From positions 1 to 64,000 of the forward strand of contig JAUCBJ010006543.1 of the NCBI GenBank assembly GCA_032718475.1: DNA of 64,000 bases. The letters run 5' to 3'. The position numbers and the translations under genes are program-made. Under the pieces are notes generated by a model. It saw only the letters and a program-made list of their open reading frames with translations, was not told where the DNA came from and did no database searches. How positions within the stretch are numbered: the first letter of the stretch is position 1; every line of letters begins with the position of its first letter. Source of the stretch: Nemertoderma westbladi (lineage: Eukaryota > Animalia > Xenacoelomorpha). Shown in pieces: positions 52,523-64,000 of this stretch.

Positions 52523-54896
52523 TATATATTCGTATATTCGGTATATTCGTGGTACTTTGAGGACCGTCCTTAAAAGGACCGTGTGTGGTTCTTTGAGGAA
52601 GTCCTTAAAAGGACCGTTTTGGTTGGTGGGACAGGCACACTACACTCTAACTTACTATTCACATATCTATTACATATCTATATCTATTATTCAGGATTAT
52701 TAATATATAAAAAAATCTTCATAATACTTATGGGAAGATACTATTTAATGTGATTGTGTATATAATGGCCACGTAATGGGATCATAGTTTTGTTACGGGG
52801 AGAAATACGTTATTATTACAGAAATTCTATGTTTTTGTTAGCTCATTTGAAAGCCACACATTTCAGCATTATAAATATGTTAATAAATCGTAATAACACT
52901 AAAGAGAAGTTACTCTTTAGAGGGACCGAATATAAAATGACATTGCGTGGCTAATTACGTGATGGCGATACGTAACATTTACTAAGAGTTTATGTGGATA
53001 TAAAAGGTCAATAAATCATATTGATTTGTAATTTGTCATTTTCTTATGAAGTAACAACAGTTATATTAAAACGCCATCATCCAATAATTGGAAGTGGTAA
53101 ATATAAACATTAATAAATTTAATATGTTTAAACTTCCAATCACTAAAAAAAAGGTGGCCTAACCCCTGGTCTGGCACCCCAGAACACCAATATACAATTA
53201 CACAACAATACACAACACCAATATAGCTACATCACTCAAGCCATACCTTGCCAGATTGTGCAATATAACATTCCATGGCCTTTATCATTAAGGTGAATGC
53301 CATCAGAGTGAAGCAAGGATCCTTCCTCTACCCGATGGCATAGATCACCTTTCATGGTGTTGATGTGGCCGCATTTGTAGAACTTCAGCCACTCTGCCAT
53401 CTGCATATTTGTAGCCACACGCCTCGAATCAAAATCAGGATCCACAGATACTCTCTTTGGGTGCATTGTTCTTGGGGGGATCTGTGTCCATAAAACCTTG
53501 GAGGCTCCATTGGAAGACTGTCAGGACTTATAATAAATAATATTACTAACTGGCGGCTGATTTGCACACTGGCCTATCATCAACAGCATACAAGCCGAAC
53601 ATTTCCGACCCATGTTTACGCAAAATTGTTTACAAAATTTGAGGCAATTTCTTAGTGGAAACGCTCGTTTCTTAATGCAATGTCAGCCTTTGCCCTAGTT
53701 ATAGGGGTTATTCATAACAAATGTCATTGAATATATTGGAAAAGATTCTTTGGAAAGGACTCAGGTTAAGATTTTTCTTCCGTTTTTCATTCTTCCTTCG
53801 TATCTTCTTATCGATAAATTCTCTGATGTGTTCGATAAAACCTTGGAGGCTCCATTGGAAGAGTATTCCTTAATCATTGCCTTCATTCAATCTGGTGACA
53901 ACAATGCAATCTGTCTCTCACACACAGTTGCCTCCAAAACTTACAACAATCATACAAGGTTTATTCTCTCAATGTCTCATAACCTCCTCAGGATTATGGT
54001 CAGCAAAGGTCCTCTCAGATTGCGGATGAAAGTTAACTCGAGCAACTGCTGGAGGCAGGCCAAAGTTACAATTATGTCTGCAATCATTGTGGGCAAGGTA
54101 CCCGAAGATTTTATCTGGGTGAGACATGTTGGGACAGATGTTTTATGAGGCTGATTTAAGAGTGAATTCATGGTCTTCCATGTTTTACAATTGTTGTTGA
54201 GAGTTTTTTGAGAATTCCAAACCATGATAGTCTTTTTCAACTTTTCGTAATAGGCATGTACATTTATGGCGATATAATTTATAAATATGGAGGTTTTCTT
54301 TTGTTGGATTTTAGACATATTATTTGGCATAGAGAACATTTTTTTATGAATGGAAAAATTAAGCCCATTAGTCAACCAATGTCTCAACCTCTCTGAAGGT
54401 CCTCCTAGATCATGGCTGAAAATTAACTCGAGCAACTGCTGGAATTTAAAAAAAATGTCACTATAGGTGTCCTATTGTGAAATTTTTTTAAAATTCTTTA
54501 TTACCATCGTACATCATACTGTGTACTTCCCCAACTTATGCTACATGTAGGCTACGCCCCTACTGTATACATACAGTATGTTAATACACATAGTCAAATG
54601 TCTAAATTTACATTATTGATTCGACCAGCACGAGATGATATTTGTTTTAAGTTCCCCCCACTTTATCCTCACCTTCTGTGTTGTCACGTGCTACTAGTGG
54701 TATAGGGCTCTAAAGGAAAATAATAAATACATAATACAATAACATGATTAACAACAAACATAACATACATAACAATAATCTGTCATGTGGTCTGTCATGT
54801 CATAATGATAATTTGGTCTTAAAAACATGCCTCTAGTACTTACTATTAGCAATGTGCAATGTAGGTAATAAAAAGTGTACTTTATAGCAGCTATAT

Positions 54897-55025
54897 ATGA
54901 TGACAGGTTGGCTCAGTAGGTTTAGCGCCAGGCAATCTATTGGTTGTAGGTTCACCCAAACCAGGGTCCACTTAACCTTTCATGCCCTGGGCTCGATAAA
55001 ATTAGTACCAGTTAAATTACTGGGG
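54897..55025 (+). mobile_element. tRNA-head SINE with a conserved central domain resembling the Meta domain
   Basis: A-box-like tggctcagtaggtttagcg and degenerate B box ggttc, then ccacttaacctttcatgccctgggctcgataaaattagtacca. Confidence 0.6.
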
Positions 55026-55029
55026 ATAG

Positions 55030-55523
55030 GAGAGGGATTAAGGGATAGGAGAAGCGTCCACCCCTACCCTCGGGTAGCAGATAGGAGTAGCACCCACCCC
55101 TACCCTCGGGTAGCAGATAGGAGTAGCACCCACCCCTACCTTCGGGTAGCAGATAGGAGTAGCGCCCACCCCTACCTTCGGGTAGCAGATATGAGTAGCG
55201 GCCACCCCTACCTTCGGGTAGCAGATACGAGTAGCACCCACCCCTACCTTCGGGTAGCAGATAGGAGTAGCGCCTACCCCTACCTTCGGGTAGCAGATAT
55301 GAGTAGCGGCCACCCCTACCTTCGGGTAGCAGATAGGAGTAGCATTCACCCCTACCTTCGGGTAGCAGATAGGAGTAGCGTTCACCCCTACCTTCGGGTA
55401 GCAGAGAGGAGTAGCGCCCACCCCTTCCTTGGAGTAGCGCCCACCCCTTCCTTCGGGTAGCAGATAGGAGTAGTGCCCACCCCTACCTTTGGGTAGCAGA
55501 TAGGAGCAGCGCCCACCCCTACC
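55030..55523. repeat. 36-bp minisatellite (about 13 copies)
   Basis: Unit cgggtagcagataggagtagcgcccacccctacctt. It gives 12-aa periodic ORFs on both strands. Confidence 0.95.
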
Positions 55524-55979
55524 TCGTCAAGCTCATGAGTTACTGGTGCAGAGCCTGCCTCTCCAGATATATTAATAAAGGAGTTCACCATCACCATCAG
55601 CACCAGCATCAGCTTTCTCTCTAGGCAGGCTTATGATAATCAGACTCACACAACCAACAAGTTGCGTCTGGAAGAAGTGTGTATTCCAATATTCGGAAAT
55701 TTGAGTTCCTTTGTATTGTATTGTAATTTAATTGCTCAGGCCGTAGCCCATTGTAAATACATATTATATTAATTAGCACAAATAAAGATAATTTACATAC
55801 AAATAATATAAAATAGAAAAAAAAAATATAAAATGAATCTTACAAATATAACAACATATAACAATATATAGCAATACACCACGAACCATATCACATTCGC
55901 TAATGGTAGGCCTATAAAATGGACGAACATCTTACAAATATAAAATTATATAAAAGTGTAGAGTAATATAAATAGCTAA

Positions 55980-57690
55980 TGAATGCAGGCCTTCCACGCA
56001 TCCAGTGATTCGCCCTCGCTGTTGTTGGGGCAAAACCATCTACCCAGTGCCCAGTGGTGGCAAGCATATAGTTGTGACAGTCTCCCCCTATACATTCTTG
56101 GGGTAGAACCACTTCCTTTTAATCTGGGGCAGAACCACTTCCCTTTAATATGTGTGTGTCCCTGCACACACTTGATCATATTGCCACAGGTCTTGCATAC
56201 CATTCCACTACAGGGGTTGAGGGGTCTCAGCTTGGCCAGGCACTACTCCACTACTGATGATCAACTGGCCCCTCTTATTGACTCATTGTTCAGGATCCCA
56301 CTACTCATGGGGAATATAAAACTAATAGGAATAATCAAGGATAATTTTGAGGATGAGTGGAGGATGATTTTATGATTACATTCATTTTATTTTAAATATG
56401 TTAATTTATGATATTTTATATATTTTGTGCATTCAGTAACCTTCTAGAATATCAACTCTATCATAATATTTGGCAAATAATTATACTGACATTTACAGCC
56501 ATTCATTATTGAATAGTGATTAAAAAAATTAGTGAGACAAACCAAATCCAACGTTTTTTCAAAAGTATAAATTTAAAACCAGTATTCTAAATCATTACAA
56601 ATGCATTACTACACCATTAAATGCATACATTACTCACATGTACCTGTTCCAAGTGGAGCAAGTATTGTAGGTTGGCCCGCTCGTACCTACACTGTAGCAT
56701 CTCACTCACCTGCTGGGATATAACATGTACACTTCTATCCGACCTATGCCATGCATCTCATCCATCAGTCTTGCACATATCCTTATTAAACTTAAATACA
56801 GCGGGGAATATATTCTGCACACACTGAGGCAACATTCTCAAGTACTGTACCTACCACAACACATGGTCTACCTAGCCTACGTTTTACTGCCACACCAGTA
56901 TCACACCACAAACAGGGCAGACCTTTCACACCCACTAACGCTTTCATTATTGTCTCTGGAACCCACACAAACATAGGGTATATACACAGTAGGGCTCTGG
57001 TCTAGGCAAAGCCTGCAGTGCCCAAGAGTTCACCTGGAGGTGGCGAATGCCACAGTGGTTCACCTTCCCATCTCGATGGAGAATTATACTCCCTTGTACC
57101 AGGTACCATTCCCAACTTAGTCAACTCTCTGTACATCCACTCTGACTGAGCTTGGCTCATTGTCTGACTCCACTTGTACCCACCACCATCTCAATCCTCA
57201 TCAACCTCAGGATCCACAATAGCACTCACCCTCATATCACGCATGTACAATCTCTCACTCTCACTCACCATACTGGGAATTTCCAAACCCAACATGGCCT
57301 GTTCAAGGGGATCATCCATTGGCACACTCACACCCATGGAGAACAAACTACTCTCAGTGGTAGGTTGGATAGTTGTGAGATAGCTCCGCAACTAATCCAT
57401 TGCAGTCCTGTATGTCCATCTTTGTCATTTTCTTCCTAAATTTATTGTGCTCCGATTTCGTTGCCACATCTCTGTAGGTCAAAGCCTTTAACTTTCCATA
57501 GCCTCATGTTCACACCTTCGTCCTTCTGTGATTCAGCTTGATGCCTCGCTAACTCGCATTTACCTTCACTTTCACACATGTCCTCCACAACCTCGAACAT
57601 ATACGCATACTCCACCAACTTCTGCACCCACTCTTGTTTATCCTTACCACAAAGAATTTCATGGTTTTTCTATTTGGTGAGTAATAATTC
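55980..57690 (-). pseudogene. Dada/DUF6729-like transposase deletion derivative (longer N-terminus + C-terminal zinc fingers)
   Basis: EWVQKLVEYAYMF..W..PPP..LPRPEPY..FVWVPE..ERANLQYLL, then the same C-terminus as 43450-43780. Confidence 0.72.
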
Positions 57691-57883
57691 GTTATTAAAT
57701 ATCATAGCAGCACATTTAAACTACTGTACTAACAACAAATAGACTACAGTACACCCTTCAAAAATGAAAGGCCTATAATAAAACCCAGTGATATAGAAAG
57801 TTAAAAGAAATTATATAATAATACAGTTAAATGTCTTACCTTCAAAGTAAATAAAAAACAAATGTCCAAATCCAAAATAAAGC

Positions 57884-57990
57884 GTGAGTTAGACTGACGA
57901 CGTAATAATGCACTTATTTATAGTAGTGAGTTAGACTGATGACGTAATAATTCACTTATTTATAGAAAGTTAGACTGACGACATAATAAC
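57884..57990 (-). promoter_or_regulatory. Triplicated ~42-bp unit with TATA box and Inr-like motif upstream of the transposase remnant
   Basis: Minus strand reads TATAAATAAGTG.ATTATTACGTC.TCAGTCTAACT twice plus one partial copy. A donor site AAG|GTAAGA follows at 57840/57839. Confidence 0.45.
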
Positions 57991-58019
57991 GCAGTCGGGT
58001 ACAGTACAGTACAGTAGGC

Positions 58020-60090
58020 ATTACCTCAGCCTTATACTTACCAAGTATACTCCTATACCACCATTGTGGTATATACATCACCATTGTAATCAAGTCCAAA
58101 CTTCTCACCTGTTTCAGTGTCAGGGCACTTCAAGTCCAGATACTTATATACTCCATACTCCTGGAAGCCGGCATTGTCTGGGGTCAAAGCAGTTTGGTAG
58201 AAACAACTTTCGGTATTCCTTTGATCTCTGCCAGTTCAATCTTGATACTCCTAAGAATACTTGAGCCTGAAATAAAGCAGAATTAACCTGGGCACACCTG
58301 TGACCCACTTTACCTGATGGTTATGGAACTCATCACACTGTGATGAACCTCACAGTGGCTGGTAGACTGGCACTAGTGTCTCTGGTTGTTTCATACCTGC
58401 AAGATGAACCTCTTTCCTAATCCTGTAATAGCAGCCATTTCGAATGTGCTGCACCTGTACTATCCATTCTTCCTTCATCCTACTGCTGTACAGATAGACA
58501 TCTTTCTCCTTAGTTTTGGTAAAATATATTAAAAACTCTGATTCTGGTTAAAAAATGTTCCTCTAGTTCCTCCAATGAAGGTATTGCAGTCTTGTAATGC
58601 TTCCTGATCTCCCTTTTAGTTAGCTGACCTTGATCTGATGCCAGTCTACTCACCATATCATGGGCTTTCTTTAGCCGGTCTAAATCATGGATATATAATA
58701 ATATAGATAGCAGACGATTAAAGGGTCATGAACCTCGGATCAGCTGCATGAGCTTCTGATATGCAGACTCGTACAAACTGATGGATGCAATAGAATATTA
58801 CATTCAGCCCCATGAATTTTGGTATTGTGGGGTACCAGCCTCCTTCTCAGACACCCAGTGTGACCAATCAGTATCTAGAATGTCAGAATACTGACCAATC
58901 ATCACCAGCATCATCATCAGCACCAGGTCCCTTCCTTGCACTACTTGCACTCGATGCCATTACAACAAAACAATCTCTATCCATATAGCGTATCTCAGCC
59001 AATGACACACCCTGCTGTTCATGATACCATTTCCTCAGACCACGATAATAGCTACTCCACGCTCGATCACTGTCCACACCTACCATCCCCACAAACTCAC
59101 CTCCCAGAACTCATTCATCATTGTATAAGACCACACCCTACCACTGAAACTCTGCACCTTCTTGGCGAGCTTCCTTGTATGGTCACTATGCCAATATCTG
59201 CCAAACGTACCATGCATCAATCCATATAAATACTCATACTGTATACTGTACTCAGTCACCAACATATCAGCAAGGAAGTTCTCACCAACATCATCCACAC
59301 TGCGCCAATCGTCATTGTCTCTGGAACCCACACAAACATAGGGTGTATACAGTATGGCTCTGGTCTAGGCAAAGCCTGCAGTGCCCTTGGCTGCAATTCA
59401 CCTGGAGGTGGTGAATGCCAGTGGCTCACCTTCCCATCTCGATGGAGAATTATACTCCCTTGTATCAGGTACCATTCCCAACTTAGTCAACTCTCTATAT
59501 ATCCACTCCTACTGGGCTTGGCTCATTGTCAGACTCCACTTGTACCCACCACCATCTCAATCCTCATCAACCTCCGGATCCACAATAGCACTCAACGTCA
59601 TATCATGCATGTACAATCTCGCACTCTCACTCACCATACATAACATTTCCAAACCTAACATAGCCTATTCAAAGGGACATTTCCAAACCCAATATAGCCT
59701 ATTCAAAGGGATCATCCATTGGCACACTCACACCCATGGAGGACAAAGGCTGACTCTCGGTGGTAGGCTGGATAGTTGTGAGATACCTCGGCAACTAATC
59801 CATTGCAGTCCCTTTCCGTATGTCCATTTCAGTATTGTCATTTTCTTCCTAAATTTATTGTGCTCCGATTTCGTTGCCACATCTCTGTAGGTCAAAGCCT
59901 TTAACTTTCCATAGCCTCATGTTCACACCTTCGTCCTTCTGGGATTCAGCTTGATGCCTCGCTAACTCGCGTTTAACTTCACTTTCACACATGTCCTTCA
60001 CAACCTTGAACATATACGCATACTCCACCAACTTCTGCACCCACTCTTGTTTATCCTTACCACAAAGAATTTCATGGTTTTTCTATTTGG
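58020..60090 (-). pseudogene. Dada/DUF6729-like transposase remnant (N-terminus and DDE core, frameshifted)
   Basis: GTFGRYWHSDHTRKLAKK (first D), YTMMNEFWEV, IRYMDRDC (second D), and a degenerate YQPL.GSSQC..FH (E) region. Confidence 0.8.
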
Positions 60091-60701
60091 TGAGTAATAA
60101 TTCGTTATTAAATATCATATCAGCACATTTAAACTACTGTACTAACAACAAATAGACTACAGTACAAACAAACAACATATAAATTGTCAGACATACGAAC
60201 GGACAGACATACGAACAACTGACCAACGAATAATTTTACAGACGAATTAAACAGACAAACTAACTGGTAGACAGACACACAAATATAAATAAATATGCAA
60301 TTACAAATAATAATAATAATAAATAAATAAAGTAAATAAACACACTAACTTATATTAATTTGATTATGTAATGCAAGGTAATTTGCAAGGTAACAATGGG
60401 GATGGTGCGGGGTTGCGGGGCTCCGATCTACCCGATCGGTATTAACCGATCTCGTATTTACTTCGTTTGTGACTTTAGATAGGTAACATAATATAGATTA
60501 ATTATTTAGGCAATTTAATAAACAACTTGTGCAGTTTACTATGTAAATTTACTATGGATAATTTGCAATGATTTTATGATTTTTTTTATTTTTTTTTACA
60601 ATATTTAAAGTCGTACTGTAACTATATTTACATACATTAACTATTTATTATACAACACACTATTTATATGCATACAGACACATACTCACATCATACTCAC
60701 A

Positions 60702-63299
60702 CTACTCCTTCCTCAGTTTAGTTCCCTTTGGGTTTCCGGGTGGTTTTCTACCTGCCTGCTCCCTTTCAATCATCCTACGTTCTTTTTCTGCTTCCTGTTC
60801 CGCCTTCCTCTGTCTGCATCCCGCCATCTCTGTCTGGTGATGCACAGTTTTCTGAAACTCAAAGAATGTCATTGTTATGGGAGTTCCATACAAGTTACTA
60901 AACTTTTCAGGACAGTACAAATAAACGGGTTCTCCACGCTTGTTGTGATGCGCATGTAGATTCATCTCTGTCTCATCAAACCGAACCACGCTGATCAGTT
61001 GGGCGCAGTGGGTACACCTTCATCCCACTGTATTTGTTCCTAGTCCATGCTTCCTGGAAATAATAAAACAGACGGCACAGCAATTGATTTCACAGGTGCT
61101 GGTGCCAATACAGGAACTTTCCTTTCTGTATATGGACACACTGGCGGTTTTACTTGTGGTGATAGGCTGACAACTTGTGCAAGGCCACATGGTGCCTGTG
61201 ATGTGAGCAGGCTTGGTGAGGTCTATGTCTAGCCTCTTCAGTTCCCCCATGGCCTCTGGGGTAGGGTTAACCTCAATCTGCCTCCTTAACCCATTTTCTC
61301 TGGTTATTATGCCGCTTTATTACATCAACTGAGGTGGTCTTCAGTTGAGAATAGCAGTAATCACTACCTTCCTTTTAGGCATTACCTCTCAGCCTTATAC
61401 TTACCAAGTATACTCCTATACATACCTCTTACCCTCATCTCCTACCTCTGGGGTTGCGTCCAGGAGTTCATTGATCACCTTCTTCATGTATGGCCCCCAA
61501 TTGGTGTGCTCCTCAACCAATACTTTACCTGATATGGCTCAGTCTCTAAGTACCTCCCTAGCATACCATCGCTTTGGTGGTGGCATCTGTTGAGGTTGGT
61601 GGTGTCTCGGTTTCCTCAACCTTGGTGGTGTCTTCTGCAATCTCCATAGAACCAATTGTTGCTGCGGCGAAGTCTAAATTCAAGGGTTATTTCGTTCAAC
61701 TCCTCGATGTCATTATGATCCAGTACCAGCTGCTCCTAGTCTGTGTGTCTGCCTCATCAGAAGAAGAATCAGCCATATCACCTTCAACAACAACCTCCTC
61801 TTCCACATTACCCTTGTAATCTAGTCCAAACTTCTCACCTGTATCAGTGTCAGAGCACTTCAAATCCAGATACTTACATACTCCTGGAAGCTGGCCTAGT
61901 TGATGGTAACACTACTTTGTGGTTGAAGTAGTTTGGTAGAGATAACTTTCGGTATTCCTTTGATCTCTGCCAGTTCCATCTCGACACTCCTAAGAATGCT
62001 TGAGCCTGAAATAAAGCAGAATTAACCCGGGCACCTGTGACCCACTTTACCTGATTATTGTGGAACCCCTCACACTGTGATGAACCTCGCAGTGGCTGGT
62101 AGACTGGCACTAGTGCCTCTGGGTGTTTCTTAACTGCAAGATGTACCTCTCTTCCTAATCCTGTACAGCACTCCACAGTCCACCTTGGGGTCTGATAAGC
62201 AGCCGTTCCTAATGTGCTGCACCTGTACTAACCATTTCTCCTTCATCCTACTGCTGTACAGGTAGACATCATTCTCATCAGTAATGGTCAAAAAATACCA
62301 CACTACCTACCTACCTACCTTGCTTACACATTCCTCTAGCTCCTCTGGGGAAAGTATTGCAGTCTTGCAATGCTTCTTGATCCTCTTATTTGAAGATGCC
62401 CATCTTAGTTATCTGACCTGGATCTGATGTCAGTCTACTCACCATATCGTGGGCTTTCTTTAGCAGGTCTAAATCTTGGCTATCTATAATAAAGATAACA
62501 GAAGAGAAAAGGGTCATGAACCTCGGATATGCTGCATGAGCTTCCAATATGCAGGCTCATCCAAATCGACAGAAGCAATGGAATACATCCAGCTGTTCTA
62601 GAAGGGTGGGATTGTAGTCCACCCTGCGACTGCTCTGGTGTGGTGGGGTACCAGCCTCCTTCTCAGATACCCAGTACGACCAGTCAGTATCTAGAATGTT
62701 AGAATACTGACCATGTGACCAATCATTAAGTCACCAGGTCCCTTCTTCGCACTACTCATACTCGACGTCTTCACAACACAACAATCTCTATCCACATAAC
62801 GTATCTTGGCCAATGACACACCCTGCTGTTCATACCATTTCCACTGACATTCATTACATACCTGTTCCAAGTGGAGCAAGTATTGTAGGTTGGCCCGCTT
62901 GTACCTACCCTACACTGTAGCATCTCACACACTTGCTGGGGCATGTCATGCATACTTCTACCCGACCTATGCATCTCATCCATCACAGTCTTGCACAGTC
63001 TTTTAATCGTAAACACAGCAGGGAACATATTCTGCACACATTGAAGCAACATACTCAAGTACCGTGGGTCAGAACTCACCCATGATTGTGCTGACACGTC
63101 CCACCCTTCACACCCACTAATAATGCTTTCATCATTGTCTCTGGTACCCACACTAACATAGGATAGATACAGTAGGGCTCCGGTCTAGGCAAAGCCTGTG
63201 GTGGCCTTGGCTGCAATTCACCCGGGGGTGGCGAATGCCACCATGGGTTACCTTCCCATCTCAATGGAGAATTATACTCCCATGTACCTGGTACCATTC
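60702..63299 (-). pseudogene. Dada/DUF6729-like transposase remnant (largest copy)
   Basis: WWHSPPPG, LVWVPE, WVSSDPRYL..FPAVFT, RYVDRDCC, LDVFHCF.RF (DxxH), PVYQPLRGSSQCEGFH..FQAQ..GVSRWN, and C-terminal YLYCP..YG.P..M.F.EF. Confidence 0.82.
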
Positions 63300-63575
63300 C
63301 TGTAAAATGCAATCCCAATCCCCCGCAGGGCAAAACTACCGCAGAGACGCAAATTGAGAAAGCTATCGCTATTGCGAGTAGGAAATAATATTGTTATGGC
63401 ATATAGCTCCTTTTCTCAGCGACGCTGTTTAATTTTGGCCTTTTTTCAGAATTTTGTATACAGCAATAAGATAAATAAATACCAGTACTCTAATTTTGTT
63501 AATGGGCGAATATGTACAAAAAGAAGATATCTGTGCGTTTTAATAAATTAATCTGGAAGCAGTTTTGGTACACAA

Positions 63576-63800
63576 TCTATCTATATATATAAATATCATG
63601 TGTCTGTCTGTCTGTTTGTTTGTTTGTCTGTCCAAGCTATACGTTTCTACACACAAGCACCAATCGGAGCTCGCGATACATCGAACGAAAGCTCTCGTCA
63701 CGAGCACGTGCACTGTCGCTATCTCGAGTCTTATTTTACGCGTTTGTTTGCGTGAATGCGAATTTCGTGAATTCGGTACCGTTAGCGCGGTAGGCCTAGC
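63576..63800 (+). mobile_element. Probable 5' end of a non-autonomous Helitron-like element
   Basis: A|TCTATCTATATATATAAA start followed by a (TGTC/TGTT)n microsatellite. The 3' hairpin-CTAG end is not clearly seen. Confidence 0.5.
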
Positions 63801-64000
63801 AGTTCATTCTGTCACTCGACACGTTGGGTATCGACTATTATGCTACTTTTTGATACCAGACTTAATCTGTTCTAAATGATACTTTGCAGATCTGTTCCCG
63901 ACCATAGAATAGACTGTGTGTTTGGGAGGACACTGATCAATCTGCAGTTCTCCAGTCTGCCGCTAGGGGGTGAAATATCCGAAACTGAAAACATCTCCCA

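Noticed and set aside
54900-54965. tRNA gene
   Set aside because: Only an A box and a degenerate B box are present, with no cloverleaf. It continues into a SINE body.
54897-55609. 187-aa and 127-aa ORFs with 12-aa repeats
   Set aside because: The 36-bp minisatellite is open on both strands, and the ORF start lies in a SINE head.
63320-63365. 3' half of U6 (gacgcaaattgagaaagc) next to the Dada-like copy
   Set aside because: The similarity is short and mismatched and lacks AGGATGAC, so it is probably chance.

Overview
This is AT-rich, repeat-dominated eukaryotic DNA, probably from a marine invertebrate (inferred from the repeat families). I find no intact host protein-coding gene. The window opens with the 5' 69 nt of a U6 snRNA gene on the minus strand, cut by the window edge at ...CCCCTGCGCA. 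The rest is a nested stack of decayed mobile elements. (i) A ~4.5 kb Crypton-type tyrosine-recombinase element with a perfect 63-bp hairpin, inserted into a foldback MITE. (ii) A 7.3 kb array of ~41-bp satellite carrying an RTE insertion with a 12-bp TSD. (iii) CRE, CR1, RTE and other non-LTR retrotransposon fragments. (iv) piggyBac-type and EnSpm-type MITEs with intact TSDs, a tRNA-head SINE and a probable Helitron 5' end. (v) At least six co-oriented, differently deleted remnants of a DUF6729/Dada-like DDE transposase; Dada is the superfamily known to target U6, U1 and tRNA genes. Two blocks are segmentally duplicated (21.7-29.1 kb = 44.6-52.5 kb; 41.4-44.5 kb = 52.5-57.1 kb). The most notable points are the Dada-like cluster near a U6 ending at the known Dada-U6 target motif, the Crypton whose circle junction would extend its own hairpin, orphan histone-type 3' stem-loops, and visible TA-transposon excision scars. 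All family calls come from motifs recognised by eye, without database searches.
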